Notes: generated from the letters alone by a model not told the origin. Shown: positions 1 to 10,432, numbered from the stretch's first letter. The stretch is 52,615 nucleotides of DNA from Nitrososphaeraceae archaeon (GCA_022545895.1 JAKEIK010000176.1:1-52615); one strand, 5' to 3'. Made by a program: numbers and translations.

Positions 1-99
1 CGGGGCTCAGTTAAGCAAAGTAAGGCGAGAAGATAAAAGATAAAACGACTAAAAAGGAGATCTAGCTTCACATAATTAGTTAAGATATATTTTTATGGT

Positions 100-255
100 C
101 TACACATCCGGAACCCAATCACCATATGCCGCCTTTAACTTCTTGAATACATTAGGGCAATGTTTCCCATCGAATAAGCTGTTTTCATACTTGAGAGCCA
201 TCTCACTATGGGGAATTTCCCTCCTACAACAAGTGCAAAATATTCTTAATTTCAT
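100..255 (-). CDS. small TRASH/YHS-like metal-binding protein (51 aa), not in ORF track
   Basis: Hand translation MKLRIFCTCCRREIPHSEMALKYENSLFDGKHCPNVFKKLKAAYGDWVPDV*; CxxC...FDxxxCxxxFKK...YG pattern resembles TRASH-type domains. Confidence 0.65.
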   Translation of the reverse strand: MKLRIFCTCCRREIPHSEMALKYENSLFDGKHCPNVFKKLKAAYGDWVPDV

Positions 256-416
256 ATTATTGAAATGTATTTAATTGCTTAAAATTGGATGACGTTGCAT
301 AGTATTACTATGTGTTAAAATGTACTCAGTGATTTAATATCCATCCAGTTAGGATGTAATACAAGCGAAAAAAATATATTTAAATGTATACCAATCAGAG
401 TAACATCTTATTTTTC

Positions 417-755
417 TCACTGTAACGGGTTAACAGAATGTCCTAATACGTCAGTGCCCTTCTTCATGATGCAACAGGGACACTTTTTATTCATACAAAT
501 GGCTGCCTGCTCATGTTCGCAAACAGGACATATACACGCTTGATCTTGTAACTTATCAAGTTCATCCATTTCGTTCTGTTGACGTCGTGATTTTTGATCA
601 ACATATAACCAAAGTAAAATAACAGGAATTCCCAGTGCAAAGAAAATCATTATTGTCCGCACGGGGATTCGCAGCACAAATAACCCGATCCCAAAAAGTA
701 ATGTGCCTATCCCAAGAGTTGCAAGCCACCGAACTGTTATACTATCAAAATTCAA
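417..755 (-). CDS. hypothetical membrane protein with Cys-rich C-terminus
   Basis: Two hydrophobic segments followed by CICPVCEH...CMNKKCPCC. Confidence 0.7.
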   Translation of the reverse strand: MNFDSITVRWLATLGIGTLLFGIGLFVLRIPVRTIMIFFALGIPVILLWLYVDQKSRRQQNEMDELDKLQDQACICPVCEHEQAAICMNKKCPCCIMKKGTDVLGHSVNPLQ

Positions 756-769
756 GTTACTACTTACAC

Positions 770-1057
770 CTACTTGATATATGGCATCTCCTCCTCCATC
801 TGCTCTTTCTCTTCCACTCCTTCACTTGTGCTATCGGTATCTTTGGAAACCCTTTTTCTTTTCTTTCGCAACTTTCTTACTTCCTCAAGAATTTCTTCTA
901 ATTGTTCCCCAGATATTTTTGCTATCCTTGCGTCACATTCTATACCTTTTGCGTCAAGAACTTCTTCTGTTACGCTAATAATTTCTTGTTTGTGTGCCTC
1001 CTCTTCCAGAGTTAGCAAATTATTACTTTTAAAACGGAAGAAGGCAAATTCACTCAT
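770..1057 (-). CDS. hypothetical protein (charged, helical)
   Basis: 95-aa ATG ORF with protein-like composition, co-oriented 14 bp upstream of the 417..755 ORF. Confidence 0.7.
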   Translation of the reverse strand: MSEFAFFRFKSNNLLTLEEEAHKQEIISVTEEVLDAKGIECDARIAKISGEQLEEILEEVRKLRKKRKRVSKDTDSTSEGVEEKEQMEEEMPYIK

Positions 1058-1412
1058 AATGCTTACTATCAGTATCCTTACGACTAACTACTTATTATTG
1101 ATTGATCTCATTTTTTAGATATTCTGACTTCGATAAGACAAAATTCATGACTAAAACAAAATAGTATAAGTAGTTAACGCTGCGTTAAAGGCTCGCTTTG
1201 TATCCCCATTGATAGTCTATAGTTACAACAGAGACAAAATTGGAATTTGAAAATATTTCGCGTATCCTGCTCTACCCGGCAATTTCATCTTCATCCATAA
1301 TATTCAATAGCCATTCCCGGAGCTCTAGCATCTGCCACGGAAATTATACGTAATTTACAATACAAGAATAAAATTCCCAAATGGTTAAATATTTTTGTAT
1401 CTAGTGCATATC

Positions 1413-1550
1413 ATGTCTTCAACACCGGACCAGGCTCCTAAACCCACTGGGGTTGAAAGGACTTTTGCATGTGAAGAATGTGTCGGGATTTCTTTTAAAA
1501 CATCAGAAGAATTAAGGAAACATGATCGTGAGGTCCATCAGATAAATTAG
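1413..1550 (+). CDS. single C2H2 zinc-finger microprotein (45 aa), not in ORF track
   Basis: MSSTPDQAPKPTGVERTFACEECVGISFKTSEELRKHDREVHQIN*; FxCxxC...F-x5-L-x2-H-x4-H; TATA-like TTAAATA about 28 nt upstream. Confidence 0.75.
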   Translation: MSSTPDQAPKPTGVERTFACEECVGISFKTSEELRKHDREVHQIN

Positions 1551-1770
1551 AACAGATAAAAACAACTTACGTACACGATTCTTACTAGGATCTCAACGGA
1601 TGTACATTTAGGAACGCAAAGTATAAACAAAAGATGGACACCTTCGTGAACCGGGAGAGTCAACGAGGAGACCAATATCCATGAGTGAATATTGAATTGT
1701 GTTAGTGAACAAAATCAAATAACTCTGCAATTTGACTAAATACTTTATTAATGATAATGTATAATACTAT

Positions 1771-2055
1771 ATGATGAAATACCGAAGCAGAGACGAAATC
1801 ACCGCAACCATTTTGCAGTCGGCTGCAGTGAGGGACGGAATAACGAGAACCAAAATAATGTATAATTCCTTCCTGTCGTATACCCAATTATTATATTATT
1901 TGGACTACTTATGCACTAATGAATTATTGGACCACGATAGACAAAATAAGAAATACAACATTACGGCAAAAGGATTGGAATTCTTACATGCGTACAACAA
2001 AATGGCTGATTTACTAAAGTTACCTGGCCTGTCAGCCAGTCCTAGTAAGTTTTAA
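1771..2055 (+). CDS. winged helix-turn-helix protein (HTH_45/COG3432-like)
   Basis: RSRDEITATIL...TKIMYNSFLSY.QL..YL...Y.IT.KGLEFL signature; TATA-like TTTATTAA upstream. Confidence 0.85.
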   Translation: MMKYRSRDEITATILQSAAVRDGITRTKIMYNSFLSYTQLLYYLDYLCTNELLDHDRQNKKYNITAKGLEFLHAYNKMADLLKLPGLSASPSKF

Positions 2056-2524
2056 AAACAGTTACCACCCAAGCCGCCTCTATAGAGGCTTTATCTTTGG
2101 CGTTGTCATTTCTTAATATACTGTCGTGGCAGACTTTTGGATTTGCCGTACCTCTATTATGACGTTCCCGAAATAGGAAATAGTTCTGATTTTACCATAT
2201 TATTATTATTAGAAAGCATATCCTACAGTGCCATTAATACGATTGATCATACAATTAATTGGAGACATATGCTAACGCGTAAAAGATAGGTACGGCCACA
2301 ATTAAGCTGGAATCGCTTTAGCGGTGCGGTAGATTATTAATCCAGGTTATGTATATTAAAGGTTCAGAATAATAAAAACTTCTTTCTTTGCTTATTTGCA
2401 CGTGAATTGTAGAGCCAGGACAGGAATTCCTACTTCGTTAGTCGATACGATCAAGTGATAGATAAAATGAGATTAATGTAAGTAGTAATAACGATTGGTA
2501 ATGGTAGTAATACCATAGGATCTC

Positions 2525-3133
2525 CTAAAAAATATTAGATTCATTCACTGCTTCTTCTTGTGATAAAGCTTCGGGTAAAATAACTGTTAAATTAGAAGGA
2601 GGGCCAGACGTTGAGATTAAGTTTTCACAATCATTGCTTGCACTGTCATTATCAGCTACATTGAAATAAGCGATATCATCTCCAGAACCACAAGCTATTG
2701 AATCCTGTGCATAATCTCTTATCGAAATATTATTAACAGCATAACTGGCAATTAAGATGTCATCGCCATTGCCACCGACAATATTATCTACGTCTCCTCC
2801 ACCCACGATTAGATCGTTTCCGTCGTCGCCATTCAAGATATCATTCCCCTGATCACCTTGTAGGATATCATCACCGCTATCACCGAAGATTTTATCCGCT
2901 CCTGCTAATCCATACAATCTATCATTTCCTTCTTTCCCAATAATTGTATCATCTACCATAGTACCGAATAGATAATTTTTGAACCCATTTCCGATTACGC
3001 TCCCACCTATAACTTCACCTAGACTTGAAGATGGCAGAGAGAGCAAAAATAATAACAGTCCTACGAAAGTCAGGAAAATAGTACGCTGTGCATTAGTAAT
3101 TGTATTCTTTAGCATCGTCATGTTGATTCGCAT
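2525..3133 (-). CDS. secreted Ca-binding protein with RTX/hemolysin-type GGxGxD repeats
   Basis: Repeats GKEGND, GLAGAD, GDSGDD, GDQGND, GDDGND, GGNGDD after a hydrophobic signal segment; start moved to ATG 3133 because a TATA-like element lies about 30 nt upstream (ORF is open to 3277). Confidence 0.85.
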   Translation of the reverse strand: MRINMTMLKNTITNAQRTIFLTFVGLLLFLLSLPSSSLGEVIGGSVIGNGFKNYLFGTMVDDTIIGKEGNDRLYGLAGADKIFGDSGDDILQGDQGNDILNGDDGNDLIVGGGDVDNIVGGNGDDILIASYAVNNISIRDYAQDSIACGSGDDIAYFNVADNDSASNDCENLISTSGPPSNLTVILPEALSQEEAVNESNIF

Positions 3134-3332
3134 TACATGTACGTGAATTAGACTCGCATTTGTGATATAAGTAGTACCTAGGAATATTATCAAAAATGTC
3201 CTAGGAATAGGGTTTTCTCGCGTAGCATATGTGTGAGCCCTTTGTCGTGGGAGATTAGAGGTTTTATTAAAAGTCACTATCTGGCCAGAGACAAGAATAC
3301 GGGAGATGATTGTGTAACCGAGCTAGTGTAGG

Positions 3333-3587
3333 TTATCTCTTGGGAGTAAATTTTTGAACTTTTAGTATGACTTCTTGCTTTTTCCTCAATTCTCGCTCTC
3401 GTAACTTGACCTTATATTTAAGATTTCGGGGTCTTGTTCTCAGTCTATAACCACAGCACGGACACCATAATCCATCCCAAGTTATGAAGATCTCACAGAC
3501 TTGGCATCGCTTCTGTCCCGTAAGATATCGACCAACTCCAATTGGCTTTAGTGCTTTATGACGAATGCAAATTCCTTTACAGACCAA
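3333..3587 (-). CDS. small Cys-rich basic zinc-ribbon protein (paralogue of 37212..37454)
   Basis: CKGIC...CQVC...CPCCGYRLR; 52/63 identical to the 37212..37454 protein by hand alignment. Confidence 0.85.
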   Translation of the reverse strand: MVCKGICIRHKALKPIGVGRYLTGQKRCQVCEIFITWDGLWCPCCGYRLRTRPRNLKYKVKLRERELRKKQEVILKVQKFTPKR

Positions 3588-4155
3588 TTTTAACTATAAC
3601 CTACCTATTCACGTAAATCGATAATCAAATAACATTACTAGTAGGTAATATTAACATTTACTGAAAAAACAATCGGTTTTTTGCAAATGCGATTGATTTC
3701 GGATGATTGAAATTAACTTGAATACCACGTTTACACCATCTTACAACCATGCTATTTTTGGTTACAGAAAACAGTATTTATTTAGGGTCTCTATCCAAGA
3801 TCTGAGTGATTTGGCAGACATTCTTTCAAATATCTCCTAAAAATCATGCAACATAAAAAATCTCTTCAGCTCCATCAAAAGTTTTGTGGGTCTGATGCGA
3901 TTTCTGCAGTATGCAGAAAATCGGAGACTACCAAAAGATTCATTTCAATCATTAAATTAAGAATGCATTACCTACAACCTTCGGAATATTCTTGTATAAG
4001 CAACTCTCTGTGACTAGCATTGATTACGGTATATTCTCATTGGTATGTAGCGTTTTCTGATATATAGTTATACTATTCGAATCAAAATCTTGTAAGTCAT
4101 ATCCTGATCTCATTTATTATGCCCACAGCCAAGTTTTTGAATTCAATGTCTGAAC

Positions 4156-4281
4156 TCAAGCACATTTATAGCCAAATAATATTACGGTGATAAATCTTCC
4201 AGTCGCTGAATGTTCTTCATTCATTCTGCCACATTTGCTGCATATATTCTCGAAATCTTCCGTACGATCTAATGCGGTCAT
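4156..4281 (-). CDS. possible truncated zinc-ribbon micro-ORF (41 aa)
   Basis: MTALDRTEDFENICSKCGRMNEEHSATGRFITVILFGYKCA*; CxxCG present, second Cys pair incomplete. Confidence 0.3.
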   Translation of the reverse strand: MTALDRTEDFENICSKCGRMNEEHSATGRFITVILFGYKCA

Positions 4282-4420
4282 ATTATAGTATAGCTGGTTA
4301 TGCAAAGGCTATTGTGAAGTACAATCACTTCTAAGCCTATAGTATTGATGACAGTAACCGCAGGATAGAATATTCTTCATGAATTTTACGATATCCATCA
4401 ATGACCACGCTCAGATTTAT

Positions 4421-5758
4421 TTATCTACCAAAGAAAAAGCCACACAAGTCATTTCCAGCAAACCGTGCACATTGATCATAAGGATTGTCATCGTTACTAT
4501 TACTACCGTCGTTGTTATCATTTGGTGACTGCTGGCTGTTCCCTAAATTTGGTTGTATGGTGGCAACATTTTGTATGTCGTTTGGTGAAGGTCTTGCATC
4601 CAGAACTACATCTACTTCTTGAATGGCTCCATTCCTGCTAATCGTTAAATGGACAGTATCACCAACATTCGTCTGTTTTTCCAAATAGGAAAGAACGTCA
4701 TCTATTTTTCTTACATCTTGATTATTAATTTTTAGTATAATGTCTCCTCCAGCAATTGCAGCTCTTCCTGTATCACTAGTAACTTGGCGTGCCTCACGTA
4801 AACCATATTTGTCGGCCGGCCCTCCAGGTGTAATACCGGTGATCAAGAATCCTCTTTCTTCGTGCAATCCCAACTGCTTCGCTAAACTTGGTGTAATATT
4901 TTGGCCAACTACTCCCAAGTAAGGATGTTGAAATGTCCCAGTTCGTATGAGAGATGGGACTATTTTATTTATAGTATCTGATGGGATCGCAAAGCCCACT
5001 CCAGAGTAAACACCTGTTGTTGAAAATATTGCACTATTTATTCCGACTACTTCACCTTTAGAATTAAGTAATGGGCCTCCTGAATTTCCAGGATTGATGG
5101 CCGCGTCAGTTTGAATTATGTTTGGAATAGGAAATGAAAGTGGCACTGAATTTCCTGAAGGATTTTCGCTGCTAGGAGGTAAGATCCTGGCAAGACCACT
5201 AACGATTCCTGTTGTCATAGACCCCGCAAGACCAAAAGGATTTCCGATCGCAATTACTGTGTCCCCCACTCTTATTTCAGAGGAGTTTGCAATGGATAGA
5301 GGTACCAGCTTATTAGGAGGTACGTCTTGAAGTTTTAGAACTGCAAGGTCAGAATAAGGATCCGAGCCTACCAACCTAGCAGTATAAGCGTTACCATCAG
5401 AAAACGTGACGTCAAACTGCGCGTTTTGCGAATCAGTTTGGACAACATGATTATTCGTTATTATGTGACCTTCATTGTCATAAACGAATCCAGAACCTAA
5501 CCTTGTTCCTTCTCCACTTATCGTCCTTATGACATCGGATACCTGCACCACAGAGTTTTGTACTTTGGAAAAGAGATCCGGAAGGGACAATGAATTCATG
5601 GTACCTGTGTTTGAACTTTGAGAAGATTGTGCATTCACAGGAATGAAATAACTCTCCCGAAAGTTCCCGTTTATGGCAATTAAATTGACTGCTAAGCATA
5701 CTGCAATTGTTGCAATTACAATCCGCATGTAGCCTCGCATTGAGTGAGCTGTCTGCAT
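4421..5758 (-). CDS. HtrA/DegP-like trypsin serine protease with PDZ domain
   Basis: GSGF, TNNHVV, DLAVL, IQTDAAINPGNSGGPL catalytic motifs; C-terminal PDZ (GPADKYGL...GDII); N-terminal signal/TM segment. Confidence 0.95.
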   Translation of the reverse strand: MQTAHSMRGYMRIVIATIAVCLAVNLIAINGNFRESYFIPVNAQSSQSSNTGTMNSLSLPDLFSKVQNSVVQVSDVIRTISGEGTRLGSGFVYDNEGHIITNNHVVQTDSQNAQFDVTFSDGNAYTARLVGSDPYSDLAVLKLQDVPPNKLVPLSIANSSEIRVGDTVIAIGNPFGLAGSMTTGIVSGLARILPPSSENPSGNSVPLSFPIPNIIQTDAAINPGNSGGPLLNSKGEVVGINSAIFSTTGVYSGVGFAIPSDTINKIVPSLIRTGTFQHPYLGVVGQNITPSLAKQLGLHEERGFLITGITPGGPADKYGLREARQVTSDTGRAAIAGGDIILKINNQDVRKIDDVLSYLEKQTNVGDTVHLTISRNGAIQEVDVVLDARPSPNDIQNVATIQPNLGNSQQSPNDNNDGSNSNDDNPYDQCARFAGNDLCGFFFGR

Positions 5759-6115
5759 GATAATATCTTTCTTAATAGATCATTCATTGTGGATATAATA
5801 TATTGCTTAACTTTGTTCCTTACTTACAAGGATTGGCTTACGTCATATCCCGTCGCTATTTATTGCGCAAGACGATCATTTGCCTATCTCTTATTATTAG
5901 TCCTAAAGCAATTATTCGTAATCTATCTGATTATGCAAACAAGCCCTTCGAGTAATAGAGGGAGAAATAGAAGCACACAGATTTGATTACCTCAGCAGGA
6001 TTATCACTTGTTATTCTCTTGTTAGGTACATGTTTTTTTAGCTGACAACGCCTTTGAACAACTTGTCAATACGCCGTTAATTGAAAAGTCAAAATAAACA
6101 ATAATAATTATGATT

Positions 6116-7336
6116 TTATGAAATGGAGCAAGAATTAGGTCCTGACTCTAAATCTGGTATTTGTACTTCATCATATGGAAGCATTTTTTTGTTGATCGAG
6201 ATTATAATCTTATAGTTCATGGGTTTTGGTGGTATAGTTTCAGTTACCAAACTAACAAATTCTTCCTTATTCATAGAAAGAAGCCTTATTTTTTTCTTTA
6301 ATGACTCAAGTGTTTGATAAATTGGTATTCCATGTTTTAGAGTAACAGATGCTGCATTAAAATGTGCAGGGAGAATCAGTGTATGAGGAGGAAATTTATC
6401 TATTTTTTGATGATAAGTTTCGTACAGCAGTCCAGCGAAATCTCTTGCTTCGTCCCTCAGGTCGGGCCTTCCAATGCCATCGATGAATAGGGTATCCCCT
6501 GTAAACAGGTAATAATTATATGGAATAATATTTCCATCTGTCTCATCTTTGTCTAAATTCAAAGTGCTAGATTCTATAAAAAATGACAAACTACCCTTCG
6601 TATGACCGGGGGTATGAATTACTTTTAGCTTTATGTTTTCACCTACCTCTACTATATCTCCATCTCTGAGATACTTGATATTATGAAGCCCCGTATTTTC
6701 ATTACCGTTATATTCTTCAATAGAACTAAAATATGCAAAAATTTCTGGGTTAATTTTCGTTTCTATACTTTTGACTAACTTTGCTACACCAGAGACATGA
6801 TCTGCGTGCTGATGGGTATCAATTACTTTTACTATTAACAATCCATTGTCCTCTGCAACTTTAAGGAAAGACTCGTAAATTTCACGACTCGGATCGATAA
6901 CCACCGCTTTCTTATCTTGTATTGAAGATATCATGTAACCCATGCATCCCTTTGATACCCGTCTTATCTGCCAAATTCTAAACGAAGCCTGGCTAGGAAC
7001 CGGAACTTGTGCAACATCGTAAACTTTATTCCATCCCGCCATCCCTCCACTTAAGCTCTTGACATCATACCCCAATTGATTGAGGAATTTCGCCGCAGCC
7101 ATCGACCTGATTCCGTGCGCACAAATTGTGATAATTTCTTTATCTTTTGGAATTTCTTTTATTAGGTGTGAGTCCTGGGCAAGTAAAGTATCAACAGGAA
7201 TCAGTTTGGGAGTCTTATGTCTATCATAGGATAATCTCCATGCTTCGTATTCTTGCGGGGTTCGAACATCTAATATGAATATATCTTCATTTTTATCTAT
7301 CTTTTTTTTTAAGTCTGAGGGGTTAATTTGGTTCAT
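6116..7336 (-). CDS. rhodanese + metallo-beta-lactamase fold fusion (persulfide dioxygenase/sulfurtransferase-like)
   Basis: N-terminal ILDVR...CAHGIRS...LSGGM.GW rhodanese; THQHADH, TPGHT, FTGDTLF, GRPDL, PAH MBL motifs. Confidence 0.9.
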   Translation of the reverse strand: MNQINPSDLKKKIDKNEDIFILDVRTPQEYEAWRLSYDRHKTPKLIPVDTLLAQDSHLIKEIPKDKEIITICAHGIRSMAAAKFLNQLGYDVKSLSGGMAGWNKVYDVAQVPVPSQASFRIWQIRRVSKGCMGYMISSIQDKKAVVIDPSREIYESFLKVAEDNGLLIVKVIDTHQHADHVSGVAKLVKSIETKINPEIFAYFSSIEEYNGNENTGLHNIKYLRDGDIVEVGENIKLKVIHTPGHTKGSLSFFIESSTLNLDKDETDGNIIPYNYYLFTGDTLFIDGIGRPDLRDEARDFAGLLYETYHQKIDKFPPHTLILPAHFNAASVTLKHGIPIYQTLESLKKKIRLLSMNKEEFVSLVTETIPPKPMNYKIIISINKKMLPYDEVQIPDLESGPNSCSIS

Positions 7337-7842
7337 AGTTCAGCTATCACAGTTAATGGCAAACTAATCATATTTGTAGTTAGTGGAGAATATTTGCTTA
7401 TCTTCAAGGCTACAGTTACCATGATTAGTAGTTTTAGGGCGGAGTTCAAACAATTCATAAAATCACCCTTTGTGTTCCAGGAGGGAATAGTCATTTACCT
7501 TTATCCACCAGACGCCGGTAATATATCGATAATAATAAGCAAGGGTTTTCATTATACAGTAGTGTCATTTATCCTTGCCTTCGTATAGTCCAAATATCCT
7601 TGACCTACCTTTTATGATGGTATTAATATCTTCTAAGTAAATTGTCCCATTTTTCTTCAAATGAGTTGTAGCCAGTAAGAGCTACCATATTTGGTTATGC
7701 CCCTGATCCAGGTGGCGCTTAACTGAGGATATTGTCCGTATCATCTCATACAGAGAATGGCGACTGCGTTACTATAAATGATAATGTCACAATAACATTT
7801 TACCTGCCATTATTTTTCAGGACCAGATACATTTAAATGTAA

Positions 7843-8370
7843 ATGCATAGGATACTACTAATTAGGTGTTTATTTATTAGGATATACGATTATCAGAACA
7901 GCCCTGGTTTTCTAATCAATAGAACTGGCAGAATATTTGCCAAATCCCTTGATGTCGAATTACGAAGCAAGGTGGGAGTTACCTTTGGACAGTGGAAAAT
8001 AATTGTCATGTTATCAGAGCGAGACGGCTTAACACAAAAGGAAATTGCGGATAAGATTGGAGTGGAAGGACCAACCTTGATTCCAATGATAGACAAGATG
8101 GAAAAAGATGGATTTCTAAGACGGGAAGCAGATCCTGATGATAGAAGAAACAACAAGATTAGACGTACTCAGAAGGCAGAAGTGATGTGGGAAAAGATGA
8201 CTGAGTGTGTTCTAGAAGTGAGAAAGCGGGCTATGAAGAATATTAGAACCGAAGAAGTTGAAATCCTACGCGAAGTTCTAAACAAGATATGCGATAACTT
8301 AGGGGAATGGGAATCGAAGCTGCAACACACTAATAACTATCTCGTGAAGGAGCTCAAATCCCCAAAATGA
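7843..8370 (+). CDS. MarR family transcriptional regulator
   Basis: LTQKEIA...GPTL...IDKMEKDGFLRREADPDDRR signature. Confidence 0.92.
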   Translation: MHRILLIRCLFIRIYDYQNSPGFLINRTGRIFAKSLDVELRSKVGVTFGQWKIIVMLSERDGLTQKEIADKIGVEGPTLIPMIDKMEKDGFLRREADPDDRRNNKIRRTQKAEVMWEKMTECVLEVRKRAMKNIRTEEVEILREVLNKICDNLGEWESKLQHTNNYLVKELKSPK

Positions 8371-8419
8371 ATGTTGAAAAATAGAAGGAAGGACAAGGGG
8401 ACGGGTGACTAAATGAAAT

Positions 8420-10123
8420 TTGAAAATATCCAAAGATAATCCCAGAGGATACGAAGATGAAGATTCTATGACTTCCCTATCTACTTCATCATCTCTTTCC
8501 CACTCTACCGCTGCTTCAGACCAATCAGGAAAGATTCCACTGTACGCATGGAAAACTCTTGGAATATTGAGCTGTATAGCAACCATGGTAATGTATGCTG
8601 AAACGATGTTAATACCAGCAATTCCAGACCTTATCAGTCATTTTCACGTCTCTTATACAATGTCATCATGGGTTCTTACCGCTTATCTTGTGTCGGGGGC
8701 TGTTATGACACCTATTGCGGGAAAGCTTTCTGACATATACGGAAAGAAAAAGATACTGTTGATAGTAATGCTAGTCTACGCTGTGGGTGTGTCAATTGCA
8801 GGATTGGCTCCAACTTTTGAATTGATGTTATTAGCTAGGGCAATTCAGGGGATAGGTATGTCGATGTTTCCAATTGCTTTTAGCATTGTCAGGGATCAAT
8901 TTCCAAGAGCAAAAATATCGATTGGGCAGGGCGTTATAACTTCAATGTTCGCCTCTGGTGCTATTATTGGACTAATAGTCGGAGGCTTCATAATCCAAAA
9001 TTATGGATGGCAAGCCACCTTCTTCACAATAATTCCTGTAGCATTTGCACTGCTATTTGTGATACGGAAATATATCACTATCGGCAGCTACATTGAAGGC
9101 TCAAGTGAAGCTCCAATAGCAAGTCGAGAGACTGTCATTGTCAATTCAGAAATTAAGAATCAAGAGAGAAAAACGAAAGACAGAAATAGTGCAGGGACAA
9201 ATCCAACAGATGAATCAAGGCGCATTGATATCCTTGGAGCAGTAACGTTAGCCATAGCAATAATATCTCTTCTCCTTTCTATCACCTTATTTGAGACCTC
9301 TGCTGGCAACGGATCTTTAGGTGCAAATTTAGATCAAAACATAATTGTGGGTCCTCTGGGTTTCTCATCATCTGAGATCTGGTTAACCACATTAGTAGTC
9401 GTTGGAGTTGTTTCGTCGGTAGTCTTTGTAATAGTGGAGAGACGAGCAAAGAATCCTCTGGTAGATTTTAGGCTCTTATTTGACAAGGTTGTACTTCCTG
9501 CAAACTTGATGATACTAATTGTAGGATTATCCATGTTTATGGTCTTTGAAACCATACCAATACTAGTTCGAAATCCAATACCTCTAGGATTTGGTGAAAG
9601 TGCACTAGGAGTGGGAAACGTTCAGCTTCCATTTGCAATTGTCCTTCTTATCTTTGGACCTACGTCGGGCTTTATAATATCAAGATTAGGTTCAATTAAA
9701 CCAATCATAGCAGGCTCAGTCATCACTTCTGCTAGTTTTTTTGCTCTCTGGCTTATCCATTCAAATCCTTTCTGTGTTTCAGCTGGTCTAGCTGTCCTCT
9801 CTGTGGGTCTATCGCTGACAAGTGTTGGAGCAATGAATATTGTGATACTTGCAACACCTCAAAAATACAGTGGCATTTCATTAGGCATGACCAGTCTACT
9901 GAGGATTGTAGGTAGCTCTGTCGGACCAGTCGTTGCCGCAGTCTACTTGCAGACTCTTCAATCAAGAATAAGTATAGGCAGCGGCATTTTTGGAAGCTTT
10001 CCCTCACAAGAATCATTTGGCCTTGTGTTCCTTACGGCGGCGGTTGCATCGCTAGTTTCAGTAGGACTTGCCCTTGCACTCAGGAGTATCCTCTCAAAGA
10101 TCCATATACCCAATCTCTCTTGA
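8420..10123 (+). CDS. MFS transporter (DHA2/EmrB-QacA-like)
   Basis: GKLSDIYGKK motif A, RAIQGIG, WQATF, ERRAKNPLVD; about 14 TM segments; directly downstream of marR. Confidence 0.93.
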   Translation: MKISKDNPRGYEDEDSMTSLSTSSSLSHSTAASDQSGKIPLYAWKTLGILSCIATMVMYAETMLIPAIPDLISHFHVSYTMSSWVLTAYLVSGAVMTPIAGKLSDIYGKKKILLIVMLVYAVGVSIAGLAPTFELMLLARAIQGIGMSMFPIAFSIVRDQFPRAKISIGQGVITSMFASGAIIGLIVGGFIIQNYGWQATFFTIIPVAFALLFVIRKYITIGSYIEGSSEAPIASRETVIVNSEIKNQERKTKDRNSAGTNPTDESRRIDILGAVTLAIAIISLLLSITLFETSAGNGSLGANLDQNIIVGPLGFSSSEIWLTTLVVVGVVSSVVFVIVERRAKNPLVDFRLLFDKVVLPANLMILIVGLSMFMVFETIPILVRNPIPLGFGESALGVGNVQLPFAIVLLIFGPTSGFIISRLGSIKPIIAGSVITSASFFALWLIHSNPFCVSAGLAVLSVGLSLTSVGAMNIVILATPQKYSGISLGMTSLLRIVGSSVGPVVAAVYLQTLQSRISIGSGIFGSFPSQESFGLVFLTAAVASLVSVGLALALRSILSKIHIPNLS

Positions 10124-10432
10124 ATAAAGAACAAGTCTCTAAAAGTAGAATGCAGAACGAAAAAAATATTTTTCAATAGTTAAATATAAGTTGAAAGGGG
10201 TTAAGAAATTTTCTGGAGAATCACTTCAGAATTTTCTCAGCCACTACCACTGAATCTATTTTGAGAAAGAATCATTGTATGTCCAAATGTTCCCCTACCA
10301 TGGGTAACCTCTTGCCTCTTTGGTTATCTCCCTCAATGACATGCACGAATTATTTCCTTGTGAATAAACTCAATCTCGATGTCAAGGTACATCTGTACGA
10401 TAGCTTGGACTATCTTCTCTGTCTTCCCAATG

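Noticed and set aside
3898-3923. Inverted repeat TTTCTGCA-GTA-TGCAGAAA
   Set aside because: Single copy with no clear promoter or terminator context; no second copy noticed to suggest a MITE
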